This document shows positions 40,215 through 52,116 of a stretch of DNA of 64,000 bases, in pieces. Each line of letters begins with the position of its first letter. Position 1 is the stretch's first letter. A program made the translations under genes and the position numbers. Origin of the DNA: Lama glama (taxonomy: Eukaryota). A model generated the notes under the pieces. It saw only the letters and a program-made list of their open reading frames with translations, did no database searches and was not told the origin of the DNA. The stretch is from assembly GCA_028534125.1 (NCBI GenBank), contig CM052817.1:98644001-98708000 (forward strand). Direction: 5' to 3'.

Positions 40215-40955
40215 ACAGAGTTGTAGCTCCCACCTGGGGCAGGACCACCTTGGTGGGCAACTGAGAACATTGTGGAGGGGTTCCTGTGGATTTCACAATG
40301 ATTTGGAAGGTGCTTCTGGTATTACTGAGTGAGGGCCAGGAATCCTGGGCATCCTGCCAGCTGTGGAACCGTCCTGCACAAGGAAAACTTCCTCCTCATC
40401 CTTCTTGACTTTCCCGCTGGTCATTCATGTTTGCAAACAGCCTGCTTATAATTATCTCATGTTTTACATGTAAACACAAAATCTTTTGCGTGGTTTTCTT
40501 GTAAACTGAATTTTCCAGGAGTGTAAATAGAAGGAAGACCGTCGTTTGTTTAGTTTGAAACTTTACCAAAAACCCCTACCTGTCTTAGAAAAGTCCTTTC
40601 ACTAACAGCAGCGCCACAGCTAACGTGTGAGTGGCTGACACGACGCACCAGGACGGTTCTGTTTCTATAGCTGACATGTTCATAAAGATTTTACAGATGG
40701 GTGTACGCATCTGGCCACTTTATGATGTCTTGTAGTGCATTCAAATCAAAGCAATTGCATATGGAAATGTATGTTATTTCACTCAAAATTACTTTCCTTG
40801 AATTTCTCCTTTATAGTAAAGCCAGGGAAATGTTTTTTATTACGTGTGTAGGGAGGTTATATTATCTGTGAATTTCATTTCAGGGTATTAAAGAAGACTT
40901 TACATGGTATTTGTTTTTAAAAGAGGGCATTGGTTCTGATGGGGGAAAACCACTG
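40215..40955. mobile_element. MER20B-like hAT-Charlie element
   Basis: MER20-type 5' part (cacaatgatttggaaggtgcttctggtatt...catcctgc) and 3' end aaaagagggcattggttctgatgggggaaaaccactg. Confidence 0.7.
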
Positions 40956-41004
40956 CTGCAGGGCCTAATAGGAAACCAGGAGATGGCCAGACACCCCCCC
41001 CAAC

Positions 41005-41205
41005 CACACACCCTCTGTGTGCTCTTGGGCAGGTCCCTAGTGCTTCTTATTTCAGTGTCTTCATCTATGTAATGGGACACCAAGAGAACCCATCTCGCAG
41101 AGCAGAAGTGCCTTTGTTTCTGTGAGGATTAACTGAGATAATGTTCAGAAAATGTGCAGCACCATCCCATGCACATCATAAAAACTCATTAAGTGTCATT
41201 TTATT
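41005..41205 (+). mobile_element. MIR SINE
   Basis: tgtgtgctcttgggcagg...tcttcatctatgtaatggg...gtgaggattaactgagataatg. Confidence 0.7.
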
Positions 41206-43054
41206 TTAGAGTCAAAGTGGCAACTGATAATACTTTAGGGATTGTTTTCCTCGTGGTGAAGCATCCTTGCATCTAGCCAGTGGGTATTAAACGCTCCTAG
41301 TGTGATTAAGAGTATGTATGGCAAGTGTTTAATTGTTGTTTAGGATGAAAGCCATCTGGCTTCCGCTCTCTGAATCCAGCTCCCCACTGCCCCATCTTCT
41401 TCATTTACACTCCTGTTACATCACCCTGTAATCAGGGAGAACACAAAAACATATTTGGTGACCAGAACTGATAAGTAAGAATCAAGATCTTGTATTTGAT
41501 GAGGAAATATTCTTGGCCCCACTTCCTCTATAAACTCCAAGACCACATTTGTCAGAACCAAGTCGGTCACTGTCCAAATGAAAATCATCGTCTCCTAAAT
41601 CTGGTTGAGAAAAAGATTGATACTGTCCCTGAGTTAACTGTTAGGCTTTTTAATGACTCTGAATAATTCATTTATTCAACAAATATTTATTTGGCTCTTG
41701 AACAAGATGTGCTGGGAGCCGGAGTGGATAATGAACTATAGAATTATAAGCTGGTTTTCACCAATTCACTCCTGCAGCAAATGTGCATTGGCATGCTAGA
41801 GTCTGGCCAGGTACTAGGGATACAAAGATGGATAAGATATGATCTAGGCTTCAAAATCTGAATCCATATGAAAAAAAACAGCAAAATTTGAAATGTAAGC
41901 AATCTTATTTTATCTCAGAGAACGTTCGTCAGATAGACAGTAAACTAATTATTGAATGGCCACCATGACCAGAGCACTTAATACATAGTCCTACATTGTC
42001 ATGTACACTAACATGGATTTTCATTTCATCCCAATGCCCCACCTATGCGACAGGGATTACATTCATTTTTCTTGTTGTTGTCTGTGAGGAAACCAACTTA
42101 GTGAGAATATGTGAGTTTTCCAAATTAGTGATAACAAGAGCTGGCATTTATTGATACACATGCTGTGTAGGAAATTGCATTTAATCTTTATAAAAATCCT
42201 CGATGGATGGTTACTGTTAGTATTCTATAACGTGGAAATAGAGGGTGAGGGAAATTTAAGTAAATGCTGCAATTTCATACAAGTAGCTTGGAACCAGTAT
42301 ACCACCCACACCATCTGCTTTCCAAGCTGGTGCCCCCGATCACTGCGCCAGTTACCTACCGTCCTGGCACGTGAGTGGGAGAGCTGGAAGGAGGACTCGC
42401 TACAGGCTCTTTCTGCCAGACTCGCTTCCTCTAGCTCTGGTCCATGTCTGGTGACCACAGAAGAGCTGCCCTCCAAGGCTTTTTGAACTGTTAACGAAGT
42501 GAGATCCAAAAAGAACCATATGGATGGAACAGAATGGAATGTCCTGCCAAGAGCAACCAGAAAAGTCAGGTAAAATATACAACTTATCTTTTTCAAAAGG
42601 ATCCAAGAGCTTCCGAAGTAAGCGGACTTCAAAGACTAAAATTCTGGAAAAGGGAGAACCTTTCAGAGGTGAGCGGAGGGTCTGAGCCTTTTTTTTTTTC
42701 CCCCTTAGGGCATTTGCTAATTCTGGATGGGCTAGAGACTGAGACTTGGGGTTTTGGCCATGCGGAGGCAGAGAAATGGCAAACTGCTGGCAGTTGCTCA
42801 GAGGGTTGGAATGACAAAAATCGGAGACTTCAGGAGCCTCAAATACACGGAGTTTACCGTCTAAGCTTTCTACAATTCTAACGTTGCATGAGGCAAGAAC
42901 TTGAAAATCTGTATCTAAAATCTCCTATAAGCTGAGCTGACTTTCCCATTGTCTCTCTTGGTGCTAAGGAGACAGACACTTGCCAAATTCAGAATTAAAG
43001 CCTTGGAGGGCATCCCCTAGGAAAAGGGACGATCAGAGGTACACTGAATCTCAC

Positions 43055-43430
43055 TGTGTTTGTCAGCTCGGGCTGCCATAACAAAATACCGCAGACTGGG
43101 CGGGTTAGACAACAGACAGTTAGTTCTCACAGTTCAAGAGGCTGGGCGGTCCAAGATCAAAGATGCTGCACGAGTCATTTTTAGGTGAGAGAGCTTTCTC
43201 TTCCTGGTTTACAGACAGCCGCCTTCTAGCATGTTCTCACATGATGGACAGAGAGGAAGATCTCGCTCTTTCTCTTCTCATAAGGCCACAGTCCCATGGG
43301 ATAAGGGCCCCACCCTTAAGACGTTATTTAATTTTAATTATCTCCTGAAGACTCTATCTCCAAATATAGTCATAATGTGGGTTAAGGCTTCAACATACGA
43401 ATTTGGGGGTGACAATTCAGTCCATTTACC
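43055..43430 (-). mobile_element. MLT1A-like solo LTR
   Basis: gggctgccataacaaaataccgcagactggg...ggcttcaacatacgaatttggggg...aattcagtccat. Confidence 0.88.
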
Positions 43431-46307
43431 AAAATACAGCCTGGCCTCAACACACCTGAAGTGGTGAAGTAAAATGTAAAGGATTTCCTGACAATGTTAA
43501 GTTAAGGCTGTAGCCTTTGGTTGTATGAATTTAGACCCTAAGTGTGAAGTATCTACAAGAAAAGAGTTGAATGCATTTTTTCTCTTTGCTGAACCTACTA
43601 CCTCAAGCTATAGCTCCCTGAAAATAAAACATAAGCAATGAGAAGTGAGTGATAAACTTTCATAACAACTGATGCTATTTTATTGCATTCTTTTCAATGC
43701 TGACAAATTACGTAGGGTAGTTAGTTCTTCCTGCAGAAAACGATGCATTTGCTCAATTTGAGACTTCTGGGACTGTCGTTTGTGACATCATTTGATGACT
43801 TAGTGGAAATACTTATTCAGAGTATGAGTCCCTTTCATCAGACAACTCTTTAGGGTCTTATTCCCTCATTTGTTCTTAGAAAATGTGTCAATACCTTAAT
43901 ATTGTAAGTGAAAGTATAAATGTCCTAGCTAACAGGGACTCTTAGCTGATTCTCAAATCGTGTTGGAGTCAAGGGTGTTTCTTCCTAATTTGGAGTCAGC
44001 CAAGTTCAGACTCCAGACGCAGGGAAAATGCAGAACAGGACTATCAGTCTTCTTTGTTCAAAACAGATGACTCTGTAAGTATTTGCCTGGTTAAAAATAA
44101 CAGCATTCTTTCCCCAAGTCATCAGCTGGACAGTCTAGCCTGCTCATATTTTTTTAACCCAGTCAGGGGAATTAAGGCCAAAAGGTTATGTACTCAGAAT
44201 TAAATGTTTTTTTCACAATAGCTTATACTAAAAAATTTGTCTACTTTTGATATTTTTCTTTAATGATTTTCCTACTTCTCATTGTGAAAAAAAAAAGTAA
44301 CGAATTTACCTTAAAGTGCCATCAGGCTGCTTCTCTTTCACCAATTTTTCATGTTGTTCACAGAAAAGGTAATTAGTTTTTACCACACTGTTGTTTAATT
44401 TTCTTTCCGAAAGTTTCTTGTCATTTCAATAACGACAGTCTTGCTTGAATAAGTCCATCTCTTGGTGGTGCGTATTTGCAGTGCTCCGTATCAATTACAC
44501 AGTGTTGATATTTTCATTCTGTTGTTTCATTTGTAGAATTCCCATCGCCAAACGGATATATCCTTTTATCTGATTAAGACGGAAACTTGTCACATTCTCC
44601 CTCACTTTTCTGTTTTCATTTTATCATGCATACTCTTTATTTGATCTCAAAGAAATTTATGCAAGAGTGAATAAATATACGTGGTACTTTAGGATAAAAA
44701 TTTCAGTGGAATGTCTCAGACGCTCTCCTCCCCCTTAATCTACGCCCTGCCCTACCCCCAGCACCAAGAAAAGAAAGGAACCATCCAGAGCAAAATAAAG
44801 TTATATGAACTTGTAAAATAAATGTCAAAGCTCTCTCTTTTAAAACTCAAGTATAATTTATTGCTATTATAAAAGAGTTACAGTGAAAGAGTAGTTGATA
44901 GCATGATTTTGGCTATTGAAGCACTGTTAGTATTGAGGAGATATTTATAGTCCAGCTGAGAAGATTTCAGAGCCTTCAGGAAGCCTGCACATGGTGTTTT
45001 TTATGTTAATAATTCATTAGCTATTCTGATTGAATCAAATGTTGAGTGACCCAACATGTTGAGCTGCTTCTCAGACCTTCTCGAAAGGAAATACTATGCT
45101 GTACAATCCACACCTGCTACGGGGCTCCTGTCACTTCCCGTCTTGATGCCCAGGAGATGTGGTCCAAAAGGCAGCACCGGATGAGAAATGTCATTGTGGC
45201 TCCTAATCCCACAGATAAAGATCACACGGTTGGTATTGCATATAAATAATCAGCACTGTGGATTGTGATCTCAACAATTTTGCACCATTTGGGTCCTGGC
45301 TACCGGAGATCATCTTTCTTCCCCGGGGGATTCGCAGTAACCGCAAAAGGCAATGGAAGGCTATAAACTTGGTCAAAGGCACATGGAACCGCAGGGTGCT
45401 TTGAGGGTCACTGAAGGGCAAGTATGCTTTGTGCTCCATTTGTATCCCCTCCTCTGTGATCGCTGGTGGTGAACTGGGGCAAACTTCCTCTAATGATTCC
45501 CCAAAGGAGGATTTATTCCATCAGGTTCATGCCCTTGACCTTCAGATCAGGCAATGAAATTAGAATGTTTAAGAGCAGCAAGGCTAGGAAAGTTTGTGCT
45601 TCTCTAAATGGCTGCAACGTAGCATCCATTGTATGATTTCTAAGCTAATATTGCTAATGGGGAATTTTTAAATCCACTTATTCTCACTCCATGAATTTTT
45701 AATTAGAACATAGACGTGAGATGAGCCTCCATCCAGGCACGAACACAGTCAGCCTTTTCAACTTCCAGTAGAATGTTAAACACAAGTCACTCTGATATCC
45801 AAATCCTGTGCATCTTCCTTCAAACAATAATGCCTGATATCTGCACTCTGGGATTTTTGCCAGAACTTAACTTGAACAGGCTGCTCCACAGCTTCTGTCA
45901 AAAGGCAACAGAGAGAAGCGATATTCGAGCCAGACAGTTTATCCATCCATCTCTTTACGTATTCCAAACTGCCCTCTTTATCACCATAAATCTCCAGAAA
46001 GGTATTTACTTTGATTGTATAGACTTAGACCCCTGAATAACTATCTTCACTGAATTTTCAATTTCTTGTTATGCACTTGGTAATTTTTAAAGATTGGCTT
46101 AATAAGAACCTACCAGAAGAACACTTCCAGCAACCTGACATGGAGAAAACAATTAGAAGGTATTAGGAGTTAGACGTAGGGGACCTTCAATTGATCATGA
46201 TGATGCCCACGTACTAGCTGGGTGATGTCTCTAAAGCTGAGTTTCCTAATATTAATAAGGGAACAAAATACTTACATTAAGTAACGATTAAAGTCAATGG
46301 GGTAACA

Positions 46308-46420
46308 GGGGAGGGTACAGCTCAGTGGTAGTGCATGCCTAGCATGCATGAGGTCCTGGGTTCAATCCCCAGCACCTCCATTTAATACATAAACCCATTT
46401 ACCTCGTCCTGCCAAAAGAA
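46308..46420 (+). mobile_element. tRNA-Ala-derived SINE inserted in a MIR (MIR ~46160-46480)
   Basis: ggggagggtacagctcagtggtagtgcatgcctagcatgcatgaggtcctgggttcaatccccagcacctcca; 18-bp TSD aaagtcaatRRggtaaca at 46290-46307 and 46421-46438 (2 mismatches). Confidence 0.95.
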
Positions 46421-46893
46421 AAAGTCAATAAGGTAACAGAGGTCTGACACAAAAGCAGATGCTTAAATAAGAACTGAATCTTTATCTTGTGTGAAATTTA
46501 TTGTTTTTATGTTGTTCACAGTCCTTCAAATAAGAAACCATTACTAAGAAAATATCCATTCTTTTGAGGAATCATTATCCTTCACTTTAAAAGATAAAGC
46601 TAAGTGTCCAATCTGTGTCTTTTTAGACCTGGCTAACAGGAAGGGGAGAGCTTGATTTAATGCTTAAAGGTGATATTTACCTAATTGTTTTTCATTGTTC
46701 CATGTGATCTTCTTTATTTGCTATTTCTTAATCACACTATCATGGCTTTGAGGGCTCAGGAAATACTCAGGTAGCTTTTTGCTAGATTTTAACCAGCTCC
46801 CTTTGTCTTTCCTCTCAGTGACTCTCCTATACCTGCGTCACTGTCCTGAAGCCAACACTGGACTCCAAAATTCTTAGGAAATAATCATAAGCC

Positions 46894-47328
46894 TGTATTG
46901 GATTCCTTACAAGAAATCCAAAGGCCGTAACAAATTACCATAAACTGGGTGGCCTAAAGCAACAGAAAAGGATTCTTTCAGCTCTGGGAGCCAGACATCC
47001 AGGGTGAAGGGGCGAGCAGGGTGGTGCTCCTCCCTCTGGGACTCTGGGTGGAGCCCCTCCTTCGCCTTCCCCCGGCTCTGGTGTGGCCGGCAGTCCTTGG
47101 CACCCGGGGTGGAGCTGCACCCTCCCACCTCTGCCTCTGTTGCCACATGGAGGTTTCACTCTTCTCACAAGACCGCTAGTTGCATTGGATTAGTGCCCGT
47201 CTTAGTGACCTCATCTTAACCTGATCACGCCCACAAAGACCCCATTTCCAAATTAGGTCACATTAACAGCTATCAAGGGTTCGGACTGCAACAAATCTTT
47301 TGGTGGGGAGACAATCCAACCCAGAGCA
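46894..47328 (-). mobile_element. MLT1B/C-like solo LTR
   Basis: ccgtaacaaattaccataaactgggtggcctaaagcaacagaa...gacctcatcttaac...ccatttccaaattaggtcacatt. Confidence 0.88.
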
Positions 47329-47339
47329 ACTGATACACT

Positions 47340-49015
47340 GCTTCTAATGTAGCCACAGTGACCCACCGTGACTCCAAGCCTTCTGTACTTCCCTTCAGTA
47401 CCAGAAGTTCTGTCCTCCTTTCCGCAGCGGGACCTTTCACCTGATCTCTGGGTCCCCTTTCCTCCCTTGCTTCACCCATTATCCCCTCCCTCGATCTCAA
47501 TCCCAGCAATTCACTTCCCTTCCCCTAAAATTCTTTTGCTTTATTCTGCAAATACATTCAAGTCTTCCTTATCTATGAAAAAAAAAATCTTTATTTTGAA
47601 TCTATTTGCTATTTTCGAATCTGCTTTCACCACGACCATTATTCTCCTTCCCTTTGGGATCCAAGTTTGTGGAAACCTTATCGACCCAAACACTTATAAA
47701 ACCCACCATCTCCGCATTCCTACCATATGTGTTCATTTCACAAGGAATCACTGAGTGAAAAGGCGCTGTCTGTCCCTGGCGCTGGGGTCATGCGGTGAGC
47801 CAGACAGATGCAGCTCCTGATTTCAAGAAGAGAAAGCAGACACAAAATAATGCCTACCCTTCTCCAGACAGAAGACCCAGAGCAGCAAGGGTGTGACAAG
47901 GAGAACAGACTAGACTGAGGAAGTGGGCTTTTCCCTGAAGAAGTAGCACAAGCTAATAAATAAAGAATTCAGAGGAATCAACTACAGGAAGGGGGCAGGG
48001 GCGGGCTGGGGGGTAGCGAGGGGTGTGGGGAGATTCCTGGTTAAAGGATTAGTGGGTGTGAAGATCGGGTCATAAGGTAGAAAGAAATGCCGTATTTTCA
48101 AGAAACTAGAAGAGGGACGGTGTGTATTGTAGAGACTCAGGGGGAAATGGTACAAATTATGTTGATGGGACATACCATGGATAAAAATCATGAGGGTCTT
48201 TGGGCTGTGTTGAGGATTTGAACTTTGCTCTAGGGAAATAGGGGGAGAACTTTCAGTAGCGGTGTGACCTGATCAGATTCACTTTCAAAAGGATCACCCT
48301 GGCCGTAAGTGCAGCATAAACTGGTGAAGAGAGGACAGGTAGGAAAGAACAGTGAAGATGTTATTACAGGAGCCCGGAAGAGAGACCTGATAACTACATT
48401 TTAGTGATGACAGTGGAAACAGAGCCCTGGAAATGCTGAAAAAATTTTAGGAGATAGGCTCAACATGACTTGGCGATTGATTAGCTATCTGGGGTGAAGA
48501 ATCAGGTCCTGCCTGACCCCAAACGTTTCTTGCTAGACAGCTGGATAGATGGTGGTGTCTTTGCTGAAAGAGAAAACACTGATTCCATCAGGAAAACGAT
48601 GAGTTCCAACTAGAATATGAAGAGGCTGTGGTGCCCAAGAGACTTCCAAGTGGAAACTGTAAGTAGGCAATCGTCAACTTTAGTAAAACTGCCAGTAGCA
48701 AGCCAGCTGCTGAGCGTGATAAGTCCATTTCAGTATTCAGTTCGTTTGAACGCTCTGAAGCATTGGAAGCTGTAGGTCATTCCCACCTGAAGCAAGAGAT
48801 CTTCATCTTTGATTTCTGCTTAGAACACTGTCCTCCTCTGATCCTCCTCCTTCTCTGGCTTGTCTCCTTCTGTCTAACCTTGAAATGTTTGAGATTTTCA
48901 GAGGATTGCCTCAGCCCTTATCTCTTCTGACTTTACGTTCTCTCTATATCAACTCACAGTCTCTCAGTTCTGCCCTTGAAAGAGTTTCCAATAGAATCTT
49001 AAATTAACAAATCCC
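47340..49015 (+). mobile_element. L2 (plus strand) split by an opposite-strand L2
   Basis: L2 RT-region motifs aaactgcc...gaacgctctgaagcattggaagctgtaggtcattccc...cctcagcccttatctcttctgactttac. Confidence 0.6.
47750..48665 (-). mobile_element. L2 3' portion
   Basis: gtgtgacctgatcagattcactttcaaaaggatcaccctggc...caacatgacttggcgattgattag...gctagacagctggatagatggtggtg. Confidence 0.8.
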
Positions 49016-50129
49016 AGATCCCAAATTGGAAAAGATCCCAAATTGGAAAAGAAGAGGTAAAAGTGTCACTATATGCTGACGACATGTTACTATATATAGA
49101 AAACCCTAAAAGCTCCACACAAAAACTACTAGAGCTGATNNNNNNNNNNNNNNNNNNNNNNNNNNNNNNNNNNNNNNNNNNNNNNNNNNNNNNNNNNNNN
49201 NNNNNNNNNNNNNNNNNNNNNNNNNNNNNNNNNNNNNNNNNNNNNNNNNNNNNNNNNNNNNNNNNNNNNNNNNNNNNNNNNNNNNNNNNNNNNNNNNNNN
49301 NNNNNNNNNNNNNNNNNNNNNNNNNNNNNNNNNNNNNNNNNNNNNNNNNNNNNNNNNNNNNNNNNNNNNNNNNNNNNNNNNNNNNNNNNNNNNNNNNNNN
49401 NNNNNNNNNNNNNNNNNNNNNNNNNNNNNNNNNNNNNNNNNNNNNNNNNNNNNNNNNNNNNNNNNNNNNNNNNNNNNNNNNNNNNNNNNNNNNNNNNNNN
49501 NNNNNNNNNNNNNNNNNNNNNNNNNNNNNNNNNNNNNNNNNNNNNNNNNNNNNNNNNNNNNNNNNNNNNNNNNNNNNNNNNNNNNNNNNNNNNNNNNNNN
49601 NNNNNNNNNNNNNNNNNNNNNNNNNNNNNNNNNNNNNNNGGTGGTATATTTATACAATGGAATACTACTCAGCCATAAAAACCGACAACATAATGCCATT
49701 TGCAGCAACATGGATGCTGCTGGAGAATGTCATTCTAAGTGAAGTAAGCCAGAAAGAGAAAGAAAAATACCATATGAGATCGCTCATATGTGGAATCTAA
49801 AAAACAAAAACAAACAAACAAACAAATAAACAAAAACAAAGCATAAATACAGGACAGAAATAGACTCAGACAGAGAATACAGACTTGTGGTTGCCAGGGG
49901 GGCCGAGAGTGGGAAGGGATAGACTGGGATTTCAAAATTGTAGAATAGATAAACAAGATTATACTGTATAGCACAGGGAAATATACGCAAAATGTTATGG
50001 TAGCTCACAGAGAAAAAAATGTGACAATGAGTGTGTGTATGTCATGTATGACTGAAAAATTGTGCTGAGCACTGGAATTTGACACAACATTGTAAAATGA
50101 TTATTAATCAACAAAAATGTTTAAAAAAA
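49016..50129 (+). mobile_element. Young 5'-truncated LINE-1 spanning an assembly gap
   Basis: RT motif [15 protein letters not shown] before the gap; ORF2 C-terminus WYIYTMEYYSAIK...SLICGI* and a 3' UTR whose end is nearly identical to 3326-3447. Confidence 0.92.
49140..49639. other. Assembly gap (500 N)
   Basis: Exactly 500 N. Confidence 0.99.
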
Positions 50130-51040
50130 GATGTGGCATGCATACATACATATGTTTGTACACACACACATACACATATGTGTGGAAAATTATTCAGTCA
50201 TGAAAAAGAATGAAATCTTGCCCTTTGCAACAATACAGATGGACCTAGAAAGTATTATCCTAAGTCAGACAGAGAAAGACAAATAGTGTGTGATTTCACT
50301 TGTATGTGGACTGTAAAAAAAAAAACAAATGAATAAACATAACAAAACAGAAATAGTTATAGATACAGAGAACAAACAGGTAGTTGCCAGAGGGTGTGGG
50401 ACTGTGAGGGAGGAGAAAATTAGGTGAGAGAAATTAAGAAGTACAAACTTCCTGTTGCAAAATAAATAATTCACAGGTATGAAATGTACAGTGTGGGGTA
50501 TATAGTTAATAAGTGTGTAATATCTTTGTATAGTGACAAACGATAACTAGACTTATCATGATGATCATTTTGAAATGGATAGAAATACCAGATCACTATG
50601 TTGTGTAACAGAAATGAACAGTGTTGTAGGTCAATAATGCTTCAAAAACAAACAGACTCATAGAAAAAAGATCAGATTTGTGGTGACCAGAGGTGGGGAG
50701 TGGGAGGGTTGGATGAAGACAGTCAATAGGTACAAAATCCAAGTTATAAGTAAGTACTAGGGATGAAATGTACAACATGAGAAATATAATTAACCCTGCT
50801 CTATGTTATATATATTATATTATATATATATATGATGTTAAAAGAGTAAATCCTAGGAGTTCTCATCACAAAAAAAAATTATTCTATGTCTTTAATTCTA
50901 TAGCAATATGAGATAATGGATATTCACTAAATTATTGTCATCATTTCATGATGTGTGTAAGTCAAATCATTATGCTGTCCATCTTAAACATACACGTGTA
51001 TGTCAATTACATCTCAATAAAGAAATAAAACTGGAGGTAA
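50130..51040 (+). mobile_element. Older L1 3' end with a doubled 3' UTR (L1_Art-like)
   Basis: ORF2 end motif followed by two successive UTR-like modules (agtacaaacttcc...; ggtacaaaatccaagtt...ctcaataaa). Confidence 0.85.
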
Positions 51041-51178
51041 AAACAGAATGTATAGAAAGGGAAAAGGACCAGAGCTATTATTACTTTCAATTTTCTATTA
51101 TTCATAATAAGAGCTTTAATTTTTTTTCATGAGAAAAGCCTTCCCTTGATGTGCCTATGTAGTTCCTATTGGCCTTTT

Positions 51179-51535
51179 TTTTAAAATAAAAGCTTTATTA
51201 AGACATGATTTATCCATTTAAAGTGTACAATTCAATGTAAATTTATGATACTTGAACAGTTGTGCAACTATCACCACAATCTATTTTGGAACATTCAAAT
51301 CATCCCACAAAGAAACACCATACCCTTTAGACAGCACTTCCCAAACTCTCTGTACTCCCTCAACTCTAGGCAAGCATTAAGCTAGCCTCTGTCTCTGTAG
51401 ATTTGTCTGTTCTGAATATTTCATATAAATGAAATCATATAATACATGGCTTTTTATCACTGGCTTCTTTCACTTGGCATACTGCTTTCAAGGTTCCTCC
51501 ATGTGGTAGCGTAAATTAGTACTTCATTCTCTTTT
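51179..51535 (-). mobile_element. L1MB-like 3' end (part of a composite insertion)
   Basis: agctttattaagac...ccatttaaagtgtacaattcaa...tttcatataaatgaaatcatataatac...caaggttcctccatgtggtagc. Confidence 0.85.
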
Positions 51536-51681
51536 TGCTTTTTAAACTTACGTAGTTATCAAAGGAATAAAGCCAACCACAAAATAAGAATCAACAGAAT
51601 ATGGTAATCCAGTCATAAAGGACAGTCAAATGTGCTTACACATATTTAAGAAATCAATCATCTAAGTTATAAATAATAAGT

Positions 51682-51798
51682 AGTTAATTTGTGTCCTTTT
51701 TTTTTTTTTAGATTCCATATATAACTGATATCATATGGCATTTTTCTTTCTCTTTCCGGCCCACTTCACTTAGAATGATCACCTCCAGGTCCATCCTA
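51682..51798 (-). mobile_element. Young L1 ORF2-terminal fragment (part of a composite insertion)
   Basis: Minus strand encodes MDLEVIILSEVGRKEKEKCHMISVIYGI*, then an A-tract and ggacacaaa. Confidence 0.88.
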
Positions 51799-51839
51799 CC
51801 TATTGGCCTTTTATAGGAAACATAGACCTGCACTAAAGG

Positions 51840-51963
51840 AGAATTTTTTTCCATACAATTTCACATATCATGAAATACTCTTCTTCCCCCACGTAATAAT
51901 GTAAAAGCCATTCTTAGCTCTTAGGCGACATCTGGCCCTTGGGTCTTGGTTTGCAAACCCCTG
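51840..51963. mobile_element. MER58B-like fragment
   Basis: aatgtaaaagccattcttagctc...tctggccc...tttgcaaacccctg. Confidence 0.7.
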
Positions 51964-52098
51964 GTCTAAATGGTCTCTCTCCCTCTACACGGCAGGCAGA
52001 GATGATGCTCTAAACACAAGTCTGAGCATTTGTAAGTCCCCTTCATAAAAACCTCTGATGTCTCCTTTGCTCACTTATTAGACTGAAATACAAGGCTC

Positions 52099-52116
52099 TT
52101 CCACCAGGTGGCCCCA
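52099..52116 (+). promoter_or_regulatory. CTCF motif (within L2-like sequence)
   Basis: CCACCAGGTGGCCC at 52101-52114. Confidence 0.5.

Noticed and set aside
49063..49800. 245-aa ORF with a YADD reverse-transcriptase motif
   Set aside because: It is ordinary L1 ORF2, 5'-truncated and bridged across N's; not a novel RT system.
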